This document shows positions 41,887 through 51,396 of a stretch of DNA of 64,000 nt, one piece after another (positions within the stretch are counted from its first letter, which is position 1; the number at the start of each line of letters is the position of its first letter). Origin of the DNA: an uncultured Thermoleophilia bacterium (GTDB lineage Bacteria > Actinomycetota > Thermoleophilia > RBG-16-64-13); the NCBI GenBank assembly GCA_963749535.1, contig CAVVNF010000018.1, positions 3,877 to 67,876 of the forward strand, given 5' to 3'. The position numbers were made by a program, and so were the translations under genes. Under the pieces are notes generated by a model. The model had not been told where the DNA came from. It made no database searches and saw only the letters and a list, made by a program, of their open reading frames with translations.

Positions 41887-42034
41887 TCTTCATTGACTAG
41901 CCGGGCCCCTTGAAGCCCGCTTTTCATGGGCCTCCGAGGGGTCCGGCTATAATCCGCACTAATCTTATCTAGTTTCTCACACTAGCGCGGCTGCGCCCAC
42001 CTCTAGCCGGCGCATTTCCCGCGTGCGGGCGGGC

Positions 42035-43219
42035 TCAGACCTTGATGATCGTCGCGATGCCCTGGCCGCCACCGATGCACATGGTAGCGAGACCGTAGGT
42101 GCCGCCTTCTTGCTTGAGCGCATAGATGAGGGTAGTTAGGATCCGCGCACCGGAGGCACCGATCGGATGACCGAGGGCGATGGCGCCACCGTAGAGGTTG
42201 GCTTTCTTCAGGTCGAGCGGCAGTTCCTGTGCCACGGCCAGGGCCTGAGCGGCGAAGGCCTCGTTCGCTTCGAAGACGTCGATCTGGTCGAGCGTCATGC
42301 CCGCTTTGTCCAAGACCTTCCTGGTGGCGTAGTACGGACCCATGCCCATGTACTTGGGATCGAGGCCGGCCGATGCGTACGCAACCAGGGTGGCCAGTGG
42401 CTTGAGCCCGTGTCTTCTCCGCGTATGCCCGGGAGGCGATCACCAAAGCGCGACACCGGCGTCGTTGATACCTGAGGCATTGCCGGCGGTCACGCAGCCG
42501 TCTTTCTTGAAGGCGGGACGCAGTTTGGCAAGACCCTCAAGGGTCGTGTCACCCCGGAAGTGCTCGTCGGTGTCGAAGATCTTGGGGTCACCCTTGCGCT
42601 GGGGGATCTCCACGGGAACGATCTCCGCCTTGAACTTGCCGGCGGCGCTGGCCGCCGCGGCGCGCAGCTGGCTCTCGAGCGCGAATTCGTCCTGCATCTC
42701 TCGAGTGATGCCATAGCGTTCGGCAACGTTCTCCGCTGTTAAGCCCATGTGGATCTTGTTGATGCCGCACGTGAGCCCGTCGACGAGGACGTCGTCAACA
42801 AGGGTGGCGTCGCCGAGGCGGAACCCCATCCGCGCTCCAGGCAAGATATGCGGGGCCATGGTCATATTCTCGATGCCACCCGCAACTATCACTTCAGCGT
42901 CGCCGGCGGTGATGGCCTGTGCAGCGAGGTGCACCGCCTTCATCCCGGAGCCGCACACCTTGTTGATAGTGATCGCCGGAGTCTCCTCAGGAAGGCCAGC
43001 GGCCAGCCAGGCTTGGCGGGCCGAGTTCTGGCCCAGGCCTGCTTGGAGAACATTGCCGAGGATCACCTCGTCTATTTCTTCCGCCGCCACACCGGCCCGT
43101 TTCAGGGCCTCGGGGATGACGATCGCACCCAGCTTGGTCGCCGGGATCTCAGAGAGAGAGCCGAGAAAACGGCCCACAGGCGTGCGGCATGCACTAAGGA
43201 TCACAACATCGGGGGACAA
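42035..43219 (-). CDS. acetyl-CoA acetyltransferase (thiolase II); one frame break near 42400
   Basis: Motifs [57 protein letters not shown] start 43219 behind AGGAG. Confidence 0.9.
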
Positions 43220-43438
43220 AGGATCTCCTTTCCTTCTGCCTACAGAAATGCGGCCGTGCAAAGACATGTCTTCTTGTCTCGCGCGGCCCGAAAGAGTCTA
43301 GCTTTGGAAAAGATACCACTCCTCGCGCCCGCCGGTCCGCTGGGCGCGACCGAAGACACCGGATGGCGCCGTCTTGTTCTGACTCGTCGCCGAGGTTTGC
43401 CGCTGGAACGGACCCCTCGCAGGCTGTTCTTCAGCAGC

Positions 43439-43708
43439 CTAGGCCAGATCGGGATGGTGGCCGGCCCATGGCCGTGGCCCGGCCAGCGCATGCGAGATTT
43501 CGACGCCGTTCGAGCCCAGCAACTGCACGACATCCGGCGTCATCGGCCAGAAATCCTGCTCTCTCTCGCTGCCTTCCCCGTTCACGCTCGACACATAGTG
43601 AGCCGTCACACGGAGCTCACCGTCCACGTCGTCCGCTAGGACCTGATAGCCCCGTCCAAGCCATTCCTCCAGCTTGATCTGGTACTCACGGAGAACGACC
43701 GGGTCCAT
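43439..43708 (-). CDS. hypothetical small acidic protein (89 aa)
   Basis: ORF only. Confidence 0.3.
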   Translation of the reverse strand: MDPVVLREYQIKLEEWLGRGYQVLADDVDGELRVTAHYVSSVNGEGSEREQDFWPMTPDVVQLLGSNGVEISHALAGPRPWAGHHPDLA

Positions 43709-43957
43709 GGCGCCTCCTTTTTCTCGCTAGGCGACCGCAATGGCCGCGTCTTCTCTCGTTTCTAACCGCTGTGGCGTAACCCCAAACCAAATCTCGGGGC
43801 ACCGGCCGCCGTGTGGTCAGACTGATCAGCCTGTTCCATCTTCGGACCGGCCGGGCCACGTTCGCGCCACGGCCGGGCCACGATCGAGTGATGGTCTGAC
43901 CTGCACCGGTGCTCCGACACAGGTCCGGTCTCACGCTCGCATCGGCTGAAGCGACGG

Positions 43958-44413
43958 TCAGCTCGCCAACGCCTCTCGTTGCCGCCAGCCGGCGCTGAAT
44001 AGAAAGAGCAGCGCGGATGTGCGCCCCAGATGGGTGAATACCTTGGAAAGTCCATCCGCAGTCACATCGAGGTCTACGTCGGCGCCGGAATCTTTCAGAA
44101 AAACATGAAAGGATTTGGACGCCTTGGCTGTTTCCACGAAGGTCTGGGCGTTCTTGATCACCGCCTCGATCTTCCGGCGGTTACGGATGACGCTAGGGTC
44201 GGCAAGGAGTCTCCCGACGTCCGCCTCGCCCATGAGTCTCACCTTCTGGGGATCGAACCCCTGGAAGGCCTCCCGCATGGATTCCCACCTCGCCTCCACC
44301 ACCTTCGGGCCCAGCCCGGCCGAGAACACGGCTCTGGCCAGGAGGTCGAAGTACGCGTTGTCAGATCGCGGGTATTCGCCTGCCCGCTGCATCCACGGCT
44401 GCTTCTCGAACAT
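43958..44413 (-). CDS. DNA-3-methyladenine glycosylase I (Tag)-like protein
   Basis: YFDLLARAVFSAGLGPKVVEARWESMREAFQGFDPQKV...LLADPSVIRNRRKIEAVIKNAQTF resembles the Adenine_glyco family core. The N-terminal zinc motif was not seen. Confidence 0.5.
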   Translation of the reverse strand: MFEKQPWMQRAGEYPRSDNAYFDLLARAVFSAGLGPKVVEARWESMREAFQGFDPQKVRLMGEADVGRLLADPSVIRNRRKIEAVIKNAQTFVETAKASKSFHVFLKDSGADVDLDVTADGLSKVFTHLGRTSALLFLFSAGWRQREALAS

Positions 44414-44491
44414 GCCCTCCTCCTTCTCGTGGGAACGTGCGAGACGAGGGTAGCTGCGGCACGAGTCGCTGTATGTACAACGGAGGTTGGG

Positions 44492-44845
44492 TTATGGCGC
44501 TCGCGCCGCGGGTCTTTTCGACACGGCCTCGCTCTCCAACTCTTTCAGAGCGTCTGACCGGTCCATCTGCTCGGGCGTGACGAGTGACGGCATGTCGACC
44601 ATCCCGGCCATGAGCCGCGCCTCGTGGACGCCGCTCGCCCACAGAGCCGCTGCGAACTGGTGGCGGTCGGGGTTGGTCCGGCCCAGCTCCGACACGACGC
44701 TCTTGGCGAGGGCCCGCAGTTCGGGCACAGGGATCCCGTATGCGGCCTCGGTCCTTATGCCGTACCGGGACATCCCCGCGAGGGCCTTGGGGTCCATCCG
44801 AGAGGCGAAGCCCGCGAGAATCCCGTCCACGGTGAGAGCAGACAT
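44492..44845 (-). pseudogene. DNA alkylation repair (AlkD-like HEAT) protein, N-terminal ~117 aa only
   Basis: MDPKALAGMSRYGIRTEAAYGIPVPELRALAKSV...ALWASGVHEARLMAGMV. It ends early, with too little room before the next gene for a full-length homolog. Confidence 0.45.
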
Positions 44846-44868
44846 ACCCGGCTCCTCCTTCGGCCGGG

Positions 44869-45552
44869 CTAGAACTTGCCTAAAGTGCCGGAGAGCCAAT
44901 CCAAGGCCAGCTTCTTCCGGTCGCTGAGATCGAGCTCGCGCAGGTTCCTCTCGGGGGTGAGCTCGACGATACGATCGGCGATCTGGAGTGCCTCGGTGAG
45001 CTCGTGCGTCACGTAGACGATGGTGGTCTTGTGCTCCCGGGCGATCTTCTGGAGCATGCCGATGAGGGAGGTCTTCAGCTCCAAGTCCATGTTGCTGAAG
45101 GGCTCGTCCATGAGCAGGATCCGTGGCTCGGCGGCAAAGGCCCGAGCGAGGGAGACCCGCTGAGCCATGCCTCCGCTCAGCTCGGCGGGATGGTAATCCT
45201 CGAAGCCTTGCAGGCCCACCCGCTCCAACCAGGAATGAGCGTCCCGGCGCGCCTCGTCCTTTCCCACGCCCTGAGCCCGGAATATGACGGCCACGTTGTC
45301 CAGGGCGGTGCGCCAAGGCAGCAAACGCGGCTCCTGGAACACGTAGCCGATGTTCACGTCTGCGACCGTCACCCGCCCCGAGTCCGGGGTGATGATCCGA
45401 GTGATGAGCTTGAGTATCGTCGTCTTGCCGACCCCCGAAGGGCCCACGATCCCGACGATCTCGTTCTCGGCCACCCGCAAGTCGAGATCGTCGAGCACCA
45501 CCAAAGAGTCGAAAGTCTTGCGCACGTTTTCGAAGGTGATCACGAGCACCAC
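44869..45552 (-). CDS. ABC transporter ATPase (NitT/TauT-type)
   Basis: Walker A GPSGVGKTT, signature LSGGMAQR, Walker B LLMDEPF. Confidence 0.9.
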   Translation of the reverse strand: MVLVITFENVRKTFDSLVVLDDLDLRVAENEIVGIVGPSGVGKTTILKLITRIITPDSGRVTVADVNIGYVFQEPRLLPWRTALDNVAVIFRAQGVGKDEARRDAHSWLERVGLQGFEDYHPAELSGGMAQRVSLARAFAAEPRILLMDEPFSNMDLELKTSLIGMLQKIAREHKTTIVYVTHELTEALQIADRIVELTPERNLRELDLSDRKKLALDWLSGTLGKF

Positions 45553-45553
45553 C

Positions 45554-46342
45554 TCATCCGGTTTCTCCCTTCCGCCAACGTGTCGTCCTGCGCTTGAGCG
45601 GGCGCAACACGCCGAACTCCAGGAGGGCCATGAAGGCGAGCAGGACCACTACCCAGGCAAAAGCCTCGGCGGTGTCGAGGAAGCTCTCGGCGCGCGAAAA
45701 TGAGTGCCCGATGCCCGAGGACGCGGCGAGGACTTCCGCCAGGATAACCGCCCTCACGGCGACGCCCGTGGCCAGAGTCAACCCGGCCATGACGGGAGAC
45801 GCGATCCCTGGCAAGTAGACCTCGGTGAGCAGCAGCCGGCGCGGAAAGTGATAGACCCGGCCCATCTCCAGAAGCTTCGGGTCGATCGCGAGTATGCCGG
45901 CCACCGTGTTGATGTACATACCGGGCAAGACGATCAGCGCCACCAGGAAGATCACCGGTCCGTTGCCGAGTCCCCCAAGCCAGAGTAGCGCCAACAACGC
46001 CAATACCACCGCCGGCATCGTCATCCCCACCCAGCGGATGGGTTCGAAGAAGGAGCGGGCGCGAGGCTGTAGACCGGCAATGACGCCGAAGACGAAACCG
46101 AGCACCGCGCCTATGACCAGCCCGATCACCAGCCGGCGCAACGTGATGAGAAGCTGCACCCAGAGCACGCGGGTCGATCCCAGGTGGCCCAACGCTTTCA
46201 CCGTGGCGACTGGAGAGGCCATGTTGACGGGATCCATGACCATCGACAGGACCTGCCAGACCACGATGATGAAGACCGCGCCCAAGGCTGCGTAGACAAG
46301 CCTGGCGCGCTTCGAGACCGTACTGGGCACAGCGTTGGACAT
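45554..46342 (-). CDS. ABC transporter permease (SsuC/TauC-like)
   Basis: Six TM segments with a BPD_transp_1-like loop. Adjacent to the ATPase with a 1-nt gap. Confidence 0.85.
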   Translation of the reverse strand: MSNAVPSTVSKRARLVYAALGAVFIIVVWQVLSMVMDPVNMASPVATVKALGHLGSTRVLWVQLLITLRRLVIGLVIGAVLGFVFGVIAGLQPRARSFFEPIRWVGMTMPAVVLALLALLWLGGLGNGPVIFLVALIVLPGMYINTVAGILAIDPKLLEMGRVYHFPRRLLLTEVYLPGIASPVMAGLTLATGVAVRAVILAEVLAASSGIGHSFSRAESFLDTAEAFAWVVVLLAFMALLEFGVLRPLKRRTTRWRKGETG

Positions 46343-46493
46343 CGCTCTAAAGACCCCGCCTCATTCGCCTGGAGGCTGGGGGCGCCCGCCCGTCCCGGGC
46401 GGGCGCCCCGCTTGGTGTTCGGCTAATCTAGTTGGCTATCGCCACGCCGAACCCTACTTGTCGCAGCTTGGACTTGGTCGCGGCTTGAACCAG

Positions 46494-47642
46494 TTAGGGC
46501 GCGTAGTAGAAGCCGGCGTCCGGCACTTTGCCGCCGATGACCTCCGGCGACAGAGTGGCCAATTGCGCGAGGAAGGTATCGACATCCTTGCGGGCATCCG
46601 CCGCGGGCGTGAACTTCCACGTGATGTTCTTGAGAGACGCAGTCATGGGGGCGGCCTTGAGGCCGAGTTGCGGGAATTGCGTCTCGATCAGCTTGCCGGC
46701 GGCCTCCGGGTTGGCGAGCATCCAGGCTACAGCCACCTGGTACTGTTTGAGAAAGTCAGCGATCACGGCCGGCTTGTCGAGCATGGTGGCCGTAGCCACG
46801 GTGCCGGCGATCGGGCTGAGATTCGCCCCGCCGGTCGCCTGTTGCCAGCCGGCGTCGAAGCTGAGCGCCCTGTAGAGTTTGGTCTTTGAATTCTGGCTCT
46901 GGAGGATCGAGGCCGTCGCCATCGGCTCGCTGAGCACCGCGTTCTGCACTTTGCCGGCCAAGAGCAGCTGCGACGCCTGAGTGGGATCTGTCGCGTAGCG
47001 CACCGTGAAGTCTTTCTGCGGGTCGAGCCCTTCTTTCTTGGCGATGTATTGGAACATAAGGTCTGGCACGCTGCCCTGGAACGGGACAGCAATGGACTGG
47101 CCCTTGATGTCCGCGAAGCTCTTGGCGCTCGCGTCGCTCGACACGAGATACGTTATGTTCCAAACGGTGATGTCCAGCAGTTTGATGGAAACGCCTTTGT
47201 TATAGAAGATGGCCGCGTTGTTGGACGGCATGGTGACGAAGTCGCCCTGCTTGCCGGCGACCATCGCCTGCAGCTGCGTCGGGTTCTCCCACACCACTAC
47301 GTCCGTCTTGTCGGCGACGGCCGACAGCAAGTTGTTGGCCGCGATGTAGGCCATGGGGATAGCCATGGGGCCGGGCGGCGCGACAAGGGTGATCTTGGCC
47401 AGCTTCGCTCCGCCGGCGACAGTCGTGGAGCTGGAGCTCGCGGCGGTCGTGGTGGGGCCGCCGGCGGTCGTAGTGGGACTGGTGGAAACCGTCGTCGAAC
47501 CGGCCGGCGACGTGGTCGGGGTGGACGAGCCTGAGCCGCACCCGATAGCAACCACCGCTGTTATCAAAAGCGTCACGGCGAGACCGATCACCAACGTCCG
47601 CCGCGACCTGGCCACCGGGTGGCTCCTCAGGGAATATGTCAT
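46494..47642 (-). CDS. lipoprotein substrate-binding protein (NMT1/SsuA-like)
   Basis: Lipobox VVAIGCGSG, Thr/Ser-rich linker, then a type-II PBP core. Confidence 0.75.
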   Translation of the reverse strand: MTYSLRSHPVARSRRTLVIGLAVTLLITAVVAIGCGSGSSTPTTSPAGSTTVSTSPTTTAGGPTTTAASSSSTTVAGGAKLAKITLVAPPGPMAIPMAYIAANNLLSAVADKTDVVVWENPTQLQAMVAGKQGDFVTMPSNNAAIFYNKGVSIKLLDITVWNITYLVSSDASAKSFADIKGQSIAVPFQGSVPDLMFQYIAKKEGLDPQKDFTVRYATDPTQASQLLLAGKVQNAVLSEPMATASILQSQNSKTKLYRALSFDAGWQQATGGANLSPIAGTVATATMLDKPAVIADFLKQYQVAVAWMLANPEAAGKLIETQFPQLGLKAAPMTASLKNITWKFTPAADARKDVDTFLAQLATLSPEVIGGKVPDAGFYYAP

Positions 47643-47703
47643 CAATCTTTTCCTTCTTGCACGCACGCTCCCCGCGCACATGATCGTTCGGCGGAACTAC
47701 AGT

Positions 47704-47961
47704 CTAAACTTGGAGGAAGTCCATCCTCTTTACATCGACGCCATGCAAGGTTTGAAGCTCGGCATAAAACGCTTCGACCGTGGCTTCGTCCCCAAAGACA
47801 TCAAGAAGTACCAGCCCGCTCGGCGAGCAGCTCGTGGCGTCCGCGTCGTGGATACCCAGTCTGGTGCGGATGTTGCAGCCATACTTTGTGAACGTCGCCT
47901 GCACTGACGGCACGTTCTCCGTGCGATGAGTGATATGGACGCCGAAGATGTGGTGTTGCAC
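47704..47961 (-). CDS. TM1266-like small regulator (putative iron-only hydrogenase system regulator family)
   Basis: 85 aa. The pattern FGVHITHRTENVPSVQATFTKYGCNIRTRLGIH...GLVLLDVFGDEATVEAFYAELQTLHGVDVKRM resembles the ACT/NikR-C-like TM1266 family as I recall it. Confidence 0.45.
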   Translation of the reverse strand: MQHHIFGVHITHRTENVPSVQATFTKYGCNIRTRLGIHDADATSCSPSGLVLLDVFGDEATVEAFYAELQTLHGVDVKRMDFLQV

Positions 47962-48147
47962 GACGATTCCTCCTCTTGTGTTCGGGCCCCTTGGAACGTT
48001 TTGCGGCCTGGTCCTCCGCCGAGCCGTCCTTGACGCTCCCGGTCGGGATTCTCACGGCTTCGTGCACATGTTCCCGAATGGACTCTAAGTCTACCCTAGT
48101 CGCGATTTTCAACGGCCAATGGCGGCTCCTCGAGACTGAGTCGGCGG

Positions 48148-48227
48148 TTTTGTGCGACTTTGCACTTGACTCCTATACCCGCAAAGAGTAATTTGTGAAA
48201 CACGTAACAGTGTTACTCATGTAACGG
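48148..48227. promoter_or_regulatory. three Rex-box-like inverted repeats overlapping a candidate promoter, in the divergent intergenic region
   Basis: Box C is TTTTGTGCGACTTTGCACTT (48148-48167). Candidate promoter is TTGACT (48166-48171), 17 nt, TAATTT (48189-48194). Box A is TTGTGAAACACGTAACAG (48193-48210). Box B is GTGTTACTCATGTAACGG (48210-48227). Compare the Rex consensus TTGTGAA-N4-TTCACAA / TTGTTAA-N4-TTAACAA. Confidence 0.35.
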
Positions 48228-48268
48228 CCGCCCGAGCTGCCAAAGCGGGCGAGCCGAGAGAAGGATCG

Positions 48269-49354
48269 GTGGCTCAGGCGGGAAAGCCAATAGTGTCTCG
48301 AAAGACGGTGGGGAGGCTCAGCCTCTACCGTCGGCTCCTGGATCTCCTCCGAGAGTCCGGGACCATGCATGTGTATTCCCATCAGCTGGCGCATCTGGCC
48401 GGGGTGAGCGCGGCCCAGGTACGGCGAGACTTCATGACCATCGGCTACTCGGGCAGCCCGAACCGCGGCTATGAGGTCAAGACGTGTCTCGAGAGCATCG
48501 GAAGCCTGCTCGACGGATCGGGCTGTCAGGACGTGGCTCTCGTGGGAGTCGGGCGTCTCGGCCGGTCCCTACTGGCCCACTTCTCGAACAAGCAACAGAT
48601 GCTGCGCATCGCCGTCGCCTTCGACACCGACCCAGCCGTCGTCGGCGGATCGTTGGACGGTTGTGAGATTCACGCAGTCGAGACCATCGAGAAAGTCGTG
48701 GACGAAAGAGGGATCCGCATCGGTATCCTCGCCGTGCCTCCGGAGGCAGCGCAGCCGGCGGCAGCCGCGCTGGTACGAGCCGGCGTGAGAAGCATCGTGA
48801 ATTTCGCGGCGGTTCCCCTCCGCGTCCCCGACGATGTCTTCGTGGACTATATGGACATCACGTCCGCCGTCGAGTCCGCGGCATTCTTCGCCCGGGACGA
48901 CGGCGACAAGGATTCGGCCCCTGAGGACGTGCCCGAGACCGAGATGGACCCCATCATCCGCACCATCGATTCGCTTTTGGCGAGGACGAACATGAAGCTC
49001 GAAGAATTGGCGCAAAGGATCGGTGCCCGCGTGCTCGCTCCGGGAGCCCCGGGCGGCACCGAGGTGACCAAGGTCTACGCAGGCGACCGCGTGAGCGACC
49101 TGCTCAACGAGGCATCCAACAAGACCTTGCTTGTGACCAACCTGGCGAACCTGCAGATGGTGCGGGTCGCGGAACTGATGGACGTGCCGGGTATCTGCTT
49201 CGTCGACGGGATCGACCCGGAACCGGACATCATCGAGCTCGCACGGGCCAACAACACGGTGATCCTGGTCTCACCCGTGGGAGTCTTCGAGACCTGCGGC
49301 CTTATCTTCCAGATCCTTTCCGAAAACGGCCAGAAACAGGCGGAGCCGCAATAG
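48269..49354 (+). CDS. rex: redox-sensing repressor Rex fused to a C-terminal DRTGG-like domain (361 aa, intact)
   Basis: Rex region: TVGRLSLYRRLL...YSHQLAHLAGVSAAQVRRDF...VALVGVGRLGRSLL...VNFAAVPL. About 130 extra C-terminal residues follow: GDRVSDLLNEASNKTLLVTNLANLQMVRVAELMDVPGICFVDGIDPEPDIIELARANNTVILVSPVGVFETCG. Confidence 0.85.
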   Translation: MAQAGKPIVSRKTVGRLSLYRRLLDLLRESGTMHVYSHQLAHLAGVSAAQVRRDFMTIGYSGSPNRGYEVKTCLESIGSLLDGSGCQDVALVGVGRLGRSLLAHFSNKQQMLRIAVAFDTDPAVVGGSLDGCEIHAVETIEKVVDERGIRIGILAVPPEAAQPAAAALVRAGVRSIVNFAAVPLRVPDDVFVDYMDITSAVESAAFFARDDGDKDSAPEDVPETEMDPIIRTIDSLLARTNMKLEELAQRIGARVLAPGAPGGTEVTKVYAGDRVSDLLNEASNKTLLVTNLANLQMVRVAELMDVPGICFVDGIDPEPDIIELARANNTVILVSPVGVFETCGLIFQILSENGQKQAEPQ

Positions 49355-49361
49355 CCAAGCC

Positions 49362-51375
49362 ATGGAATTCGTCTCCTACGACATAAAGAGCAGTGACTTC
49401 GACGCGGCGGGAGCGGCTTCCAGCGCCATCAAGGAGCAGCTGAAGCGTATCGGGGCGGACGCGGAGAGCATCCGGCGCACGATGATCGCAGCGTACGAAG
49501 CGGAGATGAACGTGGTGATCCACGCGCATGGCGGCCGCCTGGAAGCCTCGCTTTCGGACGACCGCCATCGACGTCGATGTGATCGATGAGGGGCCGGGCA
49601 TCCCCGACATCGAGCTGGCCATGAAGGAAGGTTTCTCCACGGCCAGCTCCGAGGCGCGGGCCCTCGGCTTCGGGGCGGGCCTGGGTCTGCCGAACATCAA
49701 GAAGAACAGCGACCGCCTGAGGGTGACCTCCCGCGTGAGCGAAGGCACCCGGGTGAGCTTCACCGTCTACCTCAAGCGAGAATCGGCGTGTGCGCCGAGC
49801 ATCGTCTCCCTCGCTGCCTCGACGGAAGACTGCCGCGATTGCCGCCGCTGTCTGGTGGCCTGTCCGACACATGCGGTGCGGGTGAGGAACGGCCGGCCCT
49901 CTGTCCTGGAGCACCTATGCGTGGACTGCACGAGCTGTATCGCAGCGTGCTCGTCGAAGGCCCTCACCGTGCGAGACGATGTCTCCTCGTTGGCGGAGCT
50001 GAAGAACATCGGCGAACTGGTCCTGGCGGTGCCTCCCGGGCTCCTTGCCAGTTGCGGAACCGGGCTTTCCCCTGCCCGGGTTCTCCAAGGATTGCGGAGG
50101 CTCGGATTCGCGGACGTCATCACCGTGGCGCCCTTTGAGCGCGCGCTCCGGCGGGCGGTCTTGACTTCGGCCAACGAGAACGCTGGGGACGGCCCGGAAG
50201 CACGGGAACTACCGATCATATCCCCGGCCTGCCCCGCCGTGGTGAACCTCATCGAGCTCAAGTATCCTTCGCTCCTTCCGCAGTTGGCACCTTTTGACTC
50301 CCCCTGGGAGGCCCTGCAGGCATCCCAGGCCGATCGCCGCGTCGCGTACGTCGTGTCCTGCCCAGGCCAACGCTCGGTACTCGTGGCCCACGAACCGGCG
50401 GACAGCGCAGGCAGCTGCGTCGAGCCAGGTGCCGTGTATCTCTCCCCCGGCCTCGTCCGCGATGCGGTCATGGCTCTTCTGGCTGCGGAGGGCCGAGAAC
50501 CCGCGACAGCCGGGCCGGCTGGAAGCGCAAAGGCGAGCGCAGAAGGCGGGGCCGACCACTCGACGGCGGACCTCGGACACGTGCTCACCGTCACCGGCAT
50601 GGAGCACGTCATGGCTGTGCTCGAGCAGATCGAGAACGGGCTGTTGACCGATGCCGAGGTGGTTGAACTCTACGCGTGCGCAGGTGGCTGCTTCGGCTCG
50701 CCGCTCCTACCCCTGGATTTCCACGTGACTGCCCGTCGTTGGGCCCAACAGGAATCGTCAACAGCCTGCTGCGGCGAAATGCCGGCAGCGCTCTCCCGGC
50801 GGCGCCCTTACGCCGCTCGTCCGGGGATACGCCTGGACCCGGACATGGCGCGCGCCATCGAAAAGCTCGGCCGGATGCAAGCGCTCACCCGTTCGCTACC
50901 CGGCAAAGACTGTGGTACGTGCGGCGCCCCCACCTGTGCAGCGCTGGCCGAGGACATCGTGATGGGGCGAGCGACGGCTGAGCTCTGCCCCTACTGCGAT
51001 AACGAGAAGGAGGCGCGGGACATGAGACTGCAGGAGCTCGTCCAGAGCTTTGGATCTCCGGAACTCACCCCCAGCGTGGCCGGCAACAACGACGCCGAGA
51101 TCGCGTACGGCTATGCCTCCGATCTGCTCAGCGACGTGCTCGCCCACGCCCCCGCCGGCGGGGTGCTCGTCACGCTGCAGGTGCACCTCAACGTGATCGC
51201 CGTGGCGAGCCACGCTGGCCTGAGGGCCGTCATCTTCTCGTCCGGCCGCCTCCCCGAGGACGACATCTCTCCCGAGGCGGCGGACGAGGGCCTCTCTCTC
51301 TTCGTGTCACCGGCGGACACCTTCGACATCGTCGGCCGACTGTATCAACTCGGGGTGAAGGGACGGGCTACGTGA
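49362..51375 (+). CDS. multidomain Fe-S sensor-like protein: GHKL (RsbW-like) ATPase + 2x[4Fe-4S] ferredoxin + HydS-like [FeFe]-hydrogenase H-domain homolog + Cx2Cx4Cx16C Fe-S motif + DRTGG-like domain; one frame break near 49560
   Basis: GHKL: EAEMNVVIHA, DEGPGIPD, GFGAGLGLPNI. Ferredoxin: CRDCRRCLVACP and CVDCTSCIAACS. H-domain-like motifs: ISPACPAVVN (L1-like, relay Cys replaced by Ala), VVSCPGQ (L2-like), ELYACAGGCFGSP (L3-like). Fe-S motif: DCGTCGAPTCAALAEDIVMGRATAELCP. DRTGG-like tail: SDLLSDVLAHAPAGGVLVTLQVHLNVIAVASHAGLRAVIFSSGRLP. Confidence 0.8.
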
Positions 51376-51396
51376 GCCGCGCCCCACACGGAAATC

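Noticed and set aside
43815-43901. An intergenic 8-bp inverted repeat (GGTCAGAC / GTCTGACC) encloses two copies of GGCCGGGCCACG (43849-43860 and 43871-43882).
   Set aside because: It is real in the sequence, but I can attach no function and it has no terminator or promoter features. It is too short to distinguish from chance GC-rich repetition.
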